A stretch of 64,000 nucleotides of DNA from Mobula birostris (taxonomy: Eukaryota), in assembly GCF_030028105.1 (NCBI RefSeq), contig NC_092374.1, positions 90,672,491 through 90,736,490 on the forward strand, given 5' to 3'. How positions within the stretch are numbered: position 1 is the first letter of the stretch; every line of letters starts with the position of its first letter. Below, one piece after another: positions 42,701-53,610 of the stretch. Both the position numbers and the translations under genes were made by a program. The notes under the pieces are model-generated. The model was not told where the DNA came from. It did not search any database and saw only the letters and a program-made list of their open reading frames with translations.

Positions 42701-45700
42701 AGACCGTCACTCCAACCGCCCAGTCCGTCTACCAGACCGTCTCTGCAACGGCCAGTCCGTCTACCAGACCATCTCTCCAACGCGCAGTCCATCTACCAGA
42801 CCGTCTCTCCAACGCCCAGTCCGTCTACCAGACCGTCTCTCCAACGTCCAGTCTATCAGACGGTCTCTCCAAAGACCCGTCTATCTGACTGTCTTTCCAA
42901 CCCGCAGTCCGTCTACCAGACTGTTTCTCCAAACCTCAGTCCGTCTACCAGACCGTCTCTCCAACGCCAATTCCATCTACCTGACCGTCTCTCCAATGCC
43001 CAGTCTATCTGACTGTCTCTCCAACCCCCAGCCTATCTGACCGTCTCACCAACAGCCAGTCCGTCTACCAGACCGTCTCTCCAACGCCCAGTCCGTCTAC
43101 CAGACTGTCTCGCCAACGCCCAGTCTATCTGACGGTCTCTCCAAAGACCCGTCTATCTGACTGTCTTTCCAACCCGCAGTCCGTCTACCAGACGGTCTCT
43201 CCAATGCCCCAGTCCGTCTATCTGACTGTCCCTCCAACACCCAGTCTATCTCAACGTCTCTCCAACCCCCAGTCTATCTGGCCAGCTCTCCAACCTCCAG
43301 TCTATCTGGCCATCTCTCCAAACTCCCAATCCGACTACCATACTGTCTCTCCAATGCCCAGTCCATCCACCTGACCGTCTCTCTGACCCCACAGTCCGTC
43401 TACCAGACCGTCTCTCCAACCGCCCAGTCTGTATATCTGACCGTCTCTCCAAAGCCCCATCTATCTGACTGTCTGTCCAACGCCTAGCCTATCTGACTGC
43501 CTCTCCAAGGCCCAGTCCGTCTATCTGACCGTCCCTCCAACGCCCTGTCTATCTGACCGTCTCTCCAACGACCTGTCTATCTGACCGTCTCTCCAACGCC
43601 CAGTACGTCTACCAGACTGTCTCTCCGAGCCCCCAGTCCGTCTACTAGACAGTCTCTCCAACCGTCCAGTCTGTCTATCTGACTGTCTCTCCAATGCCAA
43701 GTCCGTCTACCAGACCATCTCTGCAACGCCCAGTCCGTCTACCAGACTGTCTCTCCAATGCCCAGTCTATCTGACGGTCTCTCCAAAGACCCGTCTATCT
43801 GACTGTCTTTCCAACCCGCAGTCCGTCTACCAGACGGTCTCTCCAATGCCCCAGTCCGTCTATCTGACTGTCCCTCCAACGCCCAGTCTATCTCAACGTC
43901 TCTCCAACCCCCAGTCTATCTGGCCAGCTCTCCAACCTCCAGTCTATCTGGCCATCTCTCCAAACCCCCAATCCGACTACCATACTGTCTCTCCAACGCC
44001 CAGTCCATCCACCTGACCGTCTTTCTGACCCCACAGTCCGTCTACCAGACCGTCTCTCCAACCGCCCAGTCTGTCTACCAGACCGTCTCTGCAACGCCCA
44101 GTCCATCTCCCAGACCGTCTCTGCAACGCCCAGTCCATCCACCAGACCGTCTCTCCAAAGCCCCATCTATCTGACTGTCTGTCCAACGCCTAGCCTATCT
44201 GACTGCCTCTCCAAGGCCTAGTCCGTCTATCTGACCGTCCCTCCAACGCCCTGTCTATCTGACCGTCTCTCCAACGCCCAGTCTATCTGAATGACTCTCC
44301 AATCCCCAGTCTATCTGGCCATCTCTCCAACCCCCCAATCCGTCTTCCAGACTGTCTCTCCGACCCCCAGTTCGTCTACCAGACCGTCACTCCAACCGCC
44401 CAGTCTGTCTATCTGACTGTCTCTCCAATGCCGAGTCCGTCTACCAGACCGTCTCTGCAACGCCCAGTCCGTCTACCAGACTGTCTCTCCAACGCCCAGT
44501 CTATCTGACGGTCTCTCCAAAGACCCGTCTATCTGACTGTCTTTCCAACCCGCAGTCCTTCTACCAGACTGTTTCTCCAAACCTCAGTCCGTCTACCAGA
44601 CCGTCTCTCCAACACCCAGTCTGTCTACCAGACCGTCTCTCCAACACCCAGTCTGTCTACCAGACCGTCTCTCCAACGCCAATTCCGTCTACCTGACCGT
44701 CTCTACAACGCGTGGTCCGTCTGCCTGACCGTCCCTCCAACGCCCAGTCTATCTGAATGACTCTCCAACCCCCAGTCTATCTGGCCATCTCTCCAACCCC
44801 CCAATCTGTCTTCCAGACTGTCTCTCCGACCCCCAGTTCGTCTACCAGACCGTCACTCCAACCGCCCAGTCTGTCTATCTGACTGTCTCTCCAATGCCGA
44901 GTCCATCTACCAGACCGTCTCTGCAACGGCCAGTCCGTCTACCAGACCGTCTCTCCAACGCGCAGTCCATCTACCAGACCGTCTCTCCAACGCCCAGTCT
45001 ATCAGACGGTCTCTCCAAAGACCCGTCTATCTGACTGTCTTTCCAACCCGCAGTCCGTCGACCAGACGGTCTCTCCAATGCCCCAGTCCGTCTATCTGAC
45101 TGTCCCTCCAACGCCCAGTCTATCTCAACGTCTCTCCAACCCCCAGTCTATCTGGCCAGCTCTCCAACCTCCAGTCTATCTGGCCATCTCTCCAAACCCC
45201 CAATCCGACTACCATACTGTCTCTCCAACGCCCAGTCCATCCACCTGACCGTCTTTCTGACCCCACAGTCCGTCTACCAGACCGTCTCTCCAACCGCCCA
45301 GTCTGTATATCTGACCGTCACTCCAACGCCGAGTCCATCTACCAGACCGTCTTTCCAACGCCGAGTCTGTCTACCAGACCGTCTCTGCAACGCCCAGTCC
45401 GTCTCCCAGACCGTCTCTGCAACGCCCAGTCCATCTACCAGACCGTCTCTCCAAAGCCCCATCTATCTGACTGTCTGTCCAACGCCTAGCCTATCTGACT
45501 GCCTCTCCAAGGCCTAGTCCGTCTATCTGACCGTCCCTCCAACGCCCTGTCTATCTGACCGTCTCTCCAACGCCCAGTCTATCTGAATGACTCTCCAACC
45601 CCCAGTCTATCTGGCCATCTCTCCAACCCCCCAATCCGTCTTCCAGACTGTCTCTCCGACCCCCAGTTCGTCTACCAGACCGTCACTCCAACCGCCCAGT

Positions 45701-48700
45701 CTGTCTATCTGACCGTCTCTCCAATGCCGAGTCCGTCTACCAGACCGTCTCTGCAACGCCCAGTCCGTCTACCAGACTGTCTCTCCAACGCCCAGTCTAT
45801 CTGACGGTCTCTCCAAAGACCCGTCTATCTGACTGTCTTTCCAACCCGCAGTCCTTCTACCAGACTGTTTCTCCAAACCTCAGTCCGTCTACCAGGTTGT
45901 CTCTCCAAAGCCCAGTCTGTCTACCAGACCGTCTCTCCAACACCCAGTCTGTCTACCAGACCGTCTCTCCAACACCCAGTCTGTCTACCAGACCGTCTCT
46001 GCAACGCCAATTCCGTCTACCTGACTGTCTCTACAACGCGTGGTCCGTCTGCCTGAACGTCCCTCCAACGCCCAGTCTATCTGAATGACTCTCCAACCCC
46101 CAGTCTATCTGGCCATCTCTCCAACCCCCCAATCCGTCTTCCAGACTGTCTCTCCGACCCCCAGTTAGTCTACCAGACCGTCACTCCAACCGCCCAGTCT
46201 GTCTATCTGACTGTCTCTCCAATGCCGAGTCCGTCTACCAGACCGTCTCTGCAACGCCCAGTCCGTCTACCAGACCGTCTCTCCAACGCGCAGTCCGTCT
46301 TCCAGACCGTCTCTCCAACGCGCAGTCCATCTACCAGACCGTCTCTCCAACGCCCAGTCCGTCTACCAGACCGTCTCTCCAACACCTAGTCTATCTGACG
46401 GTCTCTCCAAAGACCCGTCTATCTGACTGTCTTTCCAACCCGCAGTCCATCTACCAGACTGTTTCTCCAAACCTCAGTCCGTCTACCAGACCGTCTCTCC
46501 AACGCCAATTCCATCTACCTGACCGTCTCTCCAACGCGCAGTCCATCTGCCTGACCATCTCTCCAATGCCCAGTCTATCTGACTGTCTCTCCAACCCCCA
46601 GCCTATCTGACCGTCTCTCCAACAGCCAGTCTGTCTACCAGACCGTCTCTCCAACGCCCAGTCCGTCTACCAGACTGTCTCTCTAACGCCCAGTCCGTCT
46701 ACCAGACGGTCTCTCCAATGCCCCAGTCCGTCTATCTGACTGTCCCTCCAACGCCCAGTCTATCTCAACGTCTCTCCAACCCAGAGTCTATCTTGCCAGC
46801 TCTCCAACCTCCAGTCTATCTGGCCATCTCTCCAAACCCCCAATCCGACTACCATACTGTCTCTCCAATGCCCAGTCCATCCACCTGACCGTCTTTCTGA
46901 CCCCACAGTCCGTCTACCAGACCGTCTCTCCAACCGCCCAGTCTGTATATCTGACCGTCACTCCAACGCCGAGTCCATCTACCAGACCGTCTTTCCAACG
47001 CCGAGTCTGTCTACCAGACCGTCTCTGCAACGCCCAGTCCATCTACCAGACCGTCTCTCCAAAGCCCCATCTATCTGACTGTCTGTCCAACGCCTAGCCT
47101 ATCTGACTGCCTCTCCAAGGCCCAGTCCGTATATCTGACCGTCCCTCCAACGCCCTGTCTATCTGACCGTCTCTCCAACGCCCTGTCTATCTGACCGTCT
47201 CTCCAACGCCCAGTACGTCTACCAGACTGTCTCTCCGAGCCCCCAGTCCGTCTACTAGACAGTCTCTCCAACCGTCCAGTCTGTCTATCTGACTGTCTCT
47301 CCAATGCCAAGTCCGTCTACCAGACCATCTCTGCAACGCCCAGTCCGTCTACCAGACTGTCTCTCCAACGCCCAGTCTATCTGACGGTCTCTCCAAAGAC
47401 CCGTCTATCTGACTGTCTTTCCAACCCGCAGTCCGTCTACCAGACGGTCTCTCCAATGCCCCAGTCCGTCTATCTGACTGTCCCTCCAACGCCCAGTCTA
47501 TCTCAACGTCTCTCCAACCCCCAGTCTATCTGGCCAGCTCTCCAACCTCCAGTCTATCTGGCCATCTCTCCAACAGCCAGTCTGTCTACCAGACCGTCTC
47601 TCCAACGCCCAGTCTATCTGACGGTCTCTCCAAAGACCCGTCTATCTGACTGTCTTTCCAACCCGCAGTCCGTCTACCAGACTGTTTCTCCAAACCTCAG
47701 TCCGTCTACCAGACCGTCTCTCCAACGCCAATTCCATCTACCTGACCGTCTCTCCAACGCGCAGTCCATCTGCCTGACCATCTCTCCAATGCCCAGTCTA
47801 TCTGACTGTCTCTCCAACCCCCAGCCTATCTGACCGTCTCTCCAACAGCCAGTCCGTCTACCAGACCGTCTCTCCAACGCCCAGTCCGTCTACCAGACTG
47901 TCTCGCCAACGCCCAGTCTATCTGACGGTCTCTCCAAAGACCCGTCTATCTGACTGTCTTTCCAACCCGCAGTCCATCTACCAGACGGTCTCTCCAATGC
48001 CCCAGTCCGTCTATCTGACTGTCCCTCCAACGCCCAGTCTATCTCAACGTCTCTCCAACCCCCAGTCTATCTGGCCAGCTCTCCAACCTCCAGTCTATCT
48101 GGCCATCTCTCCAAACCCCCAATCCGACTACCATACTGTCTCTCCAACGCCCAGTCCATCCACCTGACCGTCTTTCTGACCCCACAGTCCGTCTACCAGA
48201 CTGTCTCTCCAACCGCCCAGTCTGTATATCTGACCGTCACTCCAACGCCAAGTCCATCTACCAGACCGTCTTTCCAACGCCGAGTCTGTCTACCAGACCG
48301 TCTCTGCAACGCCCAGTCCATCTACCAGACCGTCTCTCCAAAGCCCCATCTATCTGACTGTCTGTCCAACGCCTAGCCTATCTGACAGCCTCTCCAAGGC
48401 CCAGTCCGTCTATCTGACCGTCCCTCCAACGCCCTGTCTATCTGACCGTCTCTCCAATGCCCAGTCTATCTGAATGACTCTCCAACCCCCAGTCTATCTG
48501 GCCATCTCTCCAACCTCCCAATCCGTCTTCCAGACTGTCTCTCCGACCCCCAGTTCGTCTACCAGACCGTCACTCCAACCGCCCAGTCTGTCTATCTGAC
48601 CGTCTCTCCAATGCCGAGTCCATCTACCAGACCGTCTCTGCAACGCCCAGTCCGTCTACCAGACCGTCTCTCCAACGTCCAGTCCGTCTTCCAGACCGTC

Positions 48701-49900
48701 TCTCCAACGCACAGTCCATCTACCAGACCGTCTCTCCAACCGCCCAGTCTGTCTACCAGACCGTCTCTCCAACGCCAATTCCATCTACCTGACCGTCTCT
48801 CCAACGCGCAGTCCATCTGCCTGACCATCTCTCCAATGCCCAGTCTATCTGACTGTCTCTCCAACCCCCAGCCTATCTGACCGTCTCTCCAACAGCCAGT
48901 CTGTCTACCAGACCGTCTCTCCAACGCCCAGTCTATCTGACGGTCTCTCCAAAGACCCGTCTATCTGACTGTCTTTCCAACCCGCAGTCCGTCTACCAGA
49001 CTGTTTCTCCAAACCTCAGTCCGTCTACCAGACCGTCTCTCCAACGCCAATTCCATCTACCTGACCGTCTCTCCAACGCGCAGTCCATCTGCCTGACCAT
49101 CTCTCCAATGCCCAGTCTATCTGACTGTCTCTCCAACCCCCAGCCTATCTGACCGTCTCTCCAACAGCCAGTCCGTCTACCAGACCGTCTCTCCAACGCC
49201 CAGTCCATCTACCAAACCATCTCTCCAACGCCTAATCCGTCTACCAGACCGTCTCTCCAATGCCCAGTCTGTCTACCAGACGGTCTCTCCAATGCCCCAG
49301 TCCGTCTATCTGACTGTCCCTCCAACGCCCAGTCTATCTCAACGTCTCTCCAACCCCCAGTCTATCTGGCCAGATCTCCAACCTCCAGTCTATCTGGCCA
49401 TCTCTCCAAACCCCCAATCCGACTACCATACTGTCTCTCCAACGCCCAGTCCATCCACCTGACCGTCTTTCTGACCCTACAGTCCGTCTACCAGACCGTC
49501 TCTCCAACCGCCCAGTCTGTATATCTGACCGTCACTCCAACGCCGAGTCCATCTACCAGACCGTCTTTCCAACGCCGAGTCTGTCTACCAGACCGTCTTT
49601 CCAACGCCGAGTCTGTCTACCAGACCGTCTCTGCAACGCCCAGTCCGTCTACCAGACCGTCTCTGCAACGCCCAGTCCGTCTACCAGACCCTCTCTGCAA
49701 CGCCCAGTCCATCTACCAGACCGTCTCTCCAAAGCCCCATCTATCTGACTGTCTGTCCAACACCTAGCCTATCTGACTGCCTCTCCAAGGCCCAGTCCGT
49801 CTATCTGACCGTCCCTCCAACGCCCTGTCTCTCCGACCGTCTCTCCAACGCCCTGTCTATCTGACCGTCTCTCCAACGCCCAGTCCGTCTACCAGACCAT
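33701..49900. repeat. Satellite HOR domain C (offsets 1,078, 1,647 and 9,043 bp)
   Basis: Characteristic markers AAGCCCCATCTATCTGACTGTCTGTCCAACGCCTAGCC and AAACCCCCAATCCGACTACCATACTGTC. Offsets from ORF pairs 35153/36231, 40964/42611, 36231/45274 and 36854/45897. Boundaries approximate. Confidence 0.75.
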
Positions 49901-51830
49901 CTCTCCAACACCTAGTCCGTCTACCAGACCGTCTCTCCGACCCCCCCAGTCTGTCTATCTGACCGTCCCTCCAACGCCCAGTCTATCTGACCGTCCCTCC
50001 AACACCCAGCCTTCTGACCATCTCTCCAACTCCCCGTCTATCTGACTGTCTAGCAGACCGTCTCTCCAACCCCCAGTCCATCTACCAGACCATCTCTCTA
50101 ACGCCCAGTCTGTCTACCTGACCGTGTCTCCAACTCCCAGTCCATCTGACCATGTCTCCAACGCCCGTCTATCTGACTGTCTCTCCTACGCCCAGTCCGT
50201 CTACCAGACCGTCTCTCCTACGCCCAGTCCGTCTACCAGACCGTCTCTCCAACGCCCAGTCCGTGTACCTGACCGTCTCTCCGACTCCCAGTCCGTCTAC
50301 CAGACGGTCTCTCCAATGCCCAGTCCATCTACCAGACGGTCTCTCCAATGCCCTGTCTGTCTACCAGAGTCTCTCCAATGCCCAGTCTGTCTACCAGACC
50401 TTCTCTCCAACCCCCCAGTCCGTCTTTCTGACCGTCCCTCTAACAACCAGTCTTTCTATCTGACCATCTCTCCAACGTCCAGTCTATCTGACCATCTCTC
50501 CAACCCCCCCAGTCCATCCACCTGACCATCTCTCCAACCCCCCAGTCCGTCCACATGACTGTCTCTCCAACCCCCAATCTCTCTACCTGTCCGTCTCTCC
50601 AACCCACCAGTCCGTCTACCTGACCGTCTCTCCAACCCCCCAGTCAGTCTACCAGACTGTCTCTCCAATCCCCAGTCCATCTACCTGACCGTCTCTCCAA
50701 CCCCCCCCAGTCCATCCACCTGATCGTCTCTCCAACCCCCCAGTCCGTCCACCTGACCAGCTCACCAACCTCTCAGTCCGTCTACCTGACCTTCTCTCCA
50801 ACGGCCAGTCCATCTGACCGTGTCTCCAACGCCTGCCTATCTGACTGTCTCTCCTATGCCCAGTCTGTCTACCAGACCATCTCTCCAACGCCCAGTCCGT
50901 CTACCTGACCGTCTCTCCGACCCCCAGTCCGTCTACCAGACGGTCTCTCCAATGCCCAGTCCATCTACCAGACAGTCTCTCCAATGCCCCGTCCGTCTAC
51001 CAGACAGTCTCTCCAATGCCCAGTCTGTCTACCAGACCGTCTCTCCAACCCCCCAGTCCGTCTTTCTGACCACCCCTCTAACAACCAGTCTGTCTATCTG
51101 ACCATCTCTCCAACGTCCAGTCTATCTGACCGTCTCTCCAATGCCCCCAATTCCATCCACCTGACCGTCTCTCCAACCCCCAGTCCGTCCACCTGACCGT
51201 CTCTCCAACCCCCAGTCCGCCCACATGACCGTCTCTCCAACCCCCCCCAGTCAGTCCACCGGACCTTCTCTCCAACCCCCAATCTCTCTACCCGACCGTC
51301 TCTGCAACCTCCCAGTCCGTCTACCTGACAGTCTCTCAAACCCCTAATCTCTCTACCTGTCCGTCTCTCCAATCCCCAGGCCGTCTACCTGACCGCCTCT
51401 CCAAACCCCCAGTCCATCCACCTGACCGTCTCTCCAACCCCCCAGTCCGTCCACCTGACCGTCTCTCCAACCGCGCCCCCCCCCCCCCCCGTCTGCCTAT
51501 CTGACCGGCTCTCCAACTCCCCAGTCCGTCTATCTGACCGTCTCTCCAATGCCCAGTCTATCTGACCGTCCCTCCAACGCCCAGTCTATCTGACCGTCTC
51601 TCCACCACCCAGTCTTTCTGACCGTCTCTCCAACCCCCAGTCCCTCTACCTGACCGTCTCTCCAACCCCCCAGTTTGTCTATCTGACCGGCTCTCCAATC
51701 CCCCAGTCCGTCTATCTGACCGTCTCTCCAGCACCCAGTCTATCTGACCGTCTCTCCAACCCCCAGTCCGTCTACCAGACCATCTCTCCAACCCCCAGTC
51801 CATCTACCTGACTGTCTCTCCATCCTTCAG
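49901..51830. repeat. Divergent edge domain D of the satellite (non-homogenised monomers, longer C tracts)
   Basis: HOR markers of domains A-C are lost; monomers carry CCCCCCAGT and CACCTGACC variants; poly-C run at ~51476-51490. Confidence 0.7.
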
Positions 51831-52088
51831 TCCATCTATCTGACCGTTTCTCTGTCAATCAGTCTTTCTGTCTGCGCATCTCTCCATCCATCAATCTGAC
51901 TGTCTGCGTATCTGCCCGTCCATCCATCCAGTCTACCTGGCTGTCTATTTTCCCATCTCTCCAACCATAATTCTGTCTACCTGACCATTTCTACATCCTT
52001 CAATCTGTCTGACTGTCTATCTATCTGTCCATCTCTCCAACCATCTATCTATCTGGCCATCTCTCCATCTCTCTATCTGTCCATCTAT
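51831..52088. repeat. Degenerate tetranucleotide microsatellite (ATCT/GTCT/ATCC)n, i.e. GATA/GACA on the minus strand, terminating the array
   Basis: For example CTGTCTATCTATCTGTCCATCTCTCCAACCATCTATCTATCTGGCCATC near 52014-52062, with residual CATCTCTCCAACC satellite words. Confidence 0.8.
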
Positions 52089-52104
52089 GTGAATATTTGT
52101 CTAT

Positions 52105-52288
52105 TAGAACACAGGACAGTACAGCACATGAACCAAACCCTTTGGCCCACAGTACCTGTAACAAACACCATACCAGATGAAACTCAATCTCTCCTGCCTA
52201 CGCATGACCCATCCCCCTCCATACCCTGCACATTCATGTGTCTAAGCCACGGTAACACCACTATCCTATCTGCCTTCACCACCCTTTC
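52105..52288 (-). mobile_element. CR1-type LINE 3' end fragment
   Basis: Its reverse complement matches the + strand CR1 3' end at 53291-53510 (TGTGGGCCAAAGGG...; GGTGGTGAAGGCAGA) and ends in a ...TGTTCTA tail. Confidence 0.7.
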
Positions 52289-52400
52289 CTGATTCTGATA
52301 TGGGTCTCTGTTGGGACTGAGAGTGGGAAGGGGGTAGGAAGAAGGGAATCATAGTTGAGGAAGGGAAGGGAGAGGGGAGGTAGTGGGAGGCACCAGAGAG
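52289..52400 (+). repeat. Unclassified ~330-bp interspersed repeat, copy 1, left part (strand is relative to copy 2)
   Basis: GATTCTGATATGGGTCTCTGTTGGGACTGAG... is the reverse complement of 54400-54497. Confidence 0.75.
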
Positions 52401-53045
52401 AATCAGAATCAGGTTTAATATCACTGGCATATGTGGTGAAATTTGTTATTTTGTAGCAGCAGCACAACGCAATACTTAATAAAATAATAAAAACTGAATT
52501 ACAGGAAATATATAATCGTTAAATTAAATGAGTAGTACAAAAATAGAAATAAAAATGTAGTGAGGTAGTGCTCATGGGTTCAATGTTCATTCAAAATCAG
52601 ATGGCACAGGGGAAGAAGCTGTTCCTGAATCGCTGAGTGTGTGCCTTCAGGCTTCTGTACCTCCTTCCTGATGGTAGCAATGAGAACAAGGCATGTTCTG
52701 GGTAATAGGGGTCCTTACTGATGGACGCCTCCTTTCTTGGGCATCACAGCTTGAAGATGTCCTGGATATGATAGAGGCTAGTGCCCATGATGGAGCTGTT
52801 TGGGTTGACAACCCTCTGCAGTTCCCCCCCACCATCCCACCCTCACCCATACCAGACAGTGATGCAGCCAGTTGGAATGCTCTCCATGGTACAGCCGTAG
52901 AAGTTTCTAACTGTTTTTGGTATCATACCAAATCTCTTGAAACTCCTAATGAAATATAGCCATCGCTGTAGCTGCATCGATATGTTGGACCCAGGATAGA
53001 TCCTCAGAGATTATGACAACCAAGAACTTCAAGTTGCTCACACTT
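52401..53045 (-). mobile_element. 5'-truncated LINE fragment, probably Rex1/Babar-like, inserted into repeat copy 1
   Basis: Begins with an (AATCAG)n tail, followed by GGGGAAGAAGCTGTTCCTGAA...CTGTACCTCCTTCCTGATGGTAGC, which I recall as the antisense 3' region of fish Rex1/Babar LINEs. It splits the host repeat into two collinear halves. Family assignment is from memory. Confidence 0.55.
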
Positions 53046-53290
53046 CTCTGTAATCCACGAGCCAATTGCTTAGAATCAAATGACCTTGCCCTGGTATCTC
53101 AAGGCTAGGTGTGTCTGCACGTCGGCCACCAAACCCCCCACACCCCCCTGCACTCCTCCTCTGCCACCTGTCCCACACACCGCCACCCCCCACCCCCCAC
53201 CCCGCGGCACTCCATGCATGCCATTCCCAACAACATTTGCTCCCACCAGGTTTACAAACCCACTCTCTGCTCCACGCTGACAAATACAGT
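53046..53290 (+). repeat. Unclassified interspersed repeat, copy 1, right part
   Basis: Inverted homology to 54190-54400; ORF-track peptides PFPTTFAPTRFTNPLSAP (+, 53080) and PFPTSFAHTRFTNSLSAP (-, 54194). Confidence 0.75.
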
Positions 53291-53510
53291 AGAAAGTGAT
53301 GGATGCCTGGAATATGCTGCCTGGAGTGGTGGTAGAGGCAGAGGCAGACATGATAGAGACACTTCAGAGATCCTTGAATAAGCACATGAATTTGAGGAAA
53401 TTTATAGAATATGGACATTGTGTAGGCAGAATCGATTAGTTCAGTTGGCCATTTGATTACTAATTTAATTGGTTCACCACAGCATTGTGGGCCGAAGGGT
53501 CTGATCTTCT
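53291..53510 (+). mobile_element. CR1-type LINE 3' end (ORF2 C-terminus and 3' UTR)
   Basis: Translates KVMDAWNMLPGVVVEAEADMIETLQRSLNKHM, resembling the CR1 ORF2 C-terminal WNxLPxxVVEA motif, followed by TGTGGGCCGAAGGG. Confidence 0.75.
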
Positions 53511-53610
53511 GCTAGGCTTGACCTTATACCTTAACCCTTTCAAACTTGAGATCTTCCCCATCACACTTGCTTACCCTCACCACGGTTACTTCTTCCTCTT
53601 GCCTCTACAG

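Larger units (their letters stand above)
1..51830. repeat. Large tandem satellite array (~1,700 monomers, rough estimate); 32-bp consensus CGCCCAGTCCGTCTACCAGACCGTCTCTCCAA with 28/20/33-bp variants; open at the left window edge
   Basis: Four perfect tandem 32-mers at 12781-12908; tandem 28-mers CGCCCAGTCTATCTGAACGTCTCTCCAA at 21608-21719; a 20-mer at 2163-2182. One orientation throughout and no unique sequence seen inside. Confidence 0.97.

Noticed and set aside
51476-51490. Poly-C run as a special element
   Set aside because: It is consistent with slippage of the monomer's C tract or a sequencing homopolymer error, with no flanking TSD.
93-51803. Over 150 short Pro/Ser/Thr-rich (+) and Gly/Arg/Trp-rich (-) ORFs, superficially mucin-like
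   Set aside because: They are translations of the 32/28-bp repeat. The unit is not a multiple of 3, the same peptides appear in all frames, stops are frequent, and I saw no exon-like splice context.
1-51830. CRISPR-like array (32-bp repeats)
   Set aside because: There are no unique spacers, monomers are contiguous, no cas genes are present, and the context is vertebrate with spliceosomal exons.
1-51830. CENP-B-box resemblance on the minus strand (CGTTGGAGAGACGG versus TTCGTTGGAAACGGGA)
   Set aside because: The essential TTCG is missing and the spacing to CGGG is 2 nt off. CENP-B box function is established in mammals, so the likeness is probably coincidental.
52089-53418. Short ORFs over the TE patchwork (e.g. 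52693-52959, 53080-53280, 53038-53418)
   Set aside because: They are incidental frames within LINE and repeat fragments, with no recognisable domains or splice context.
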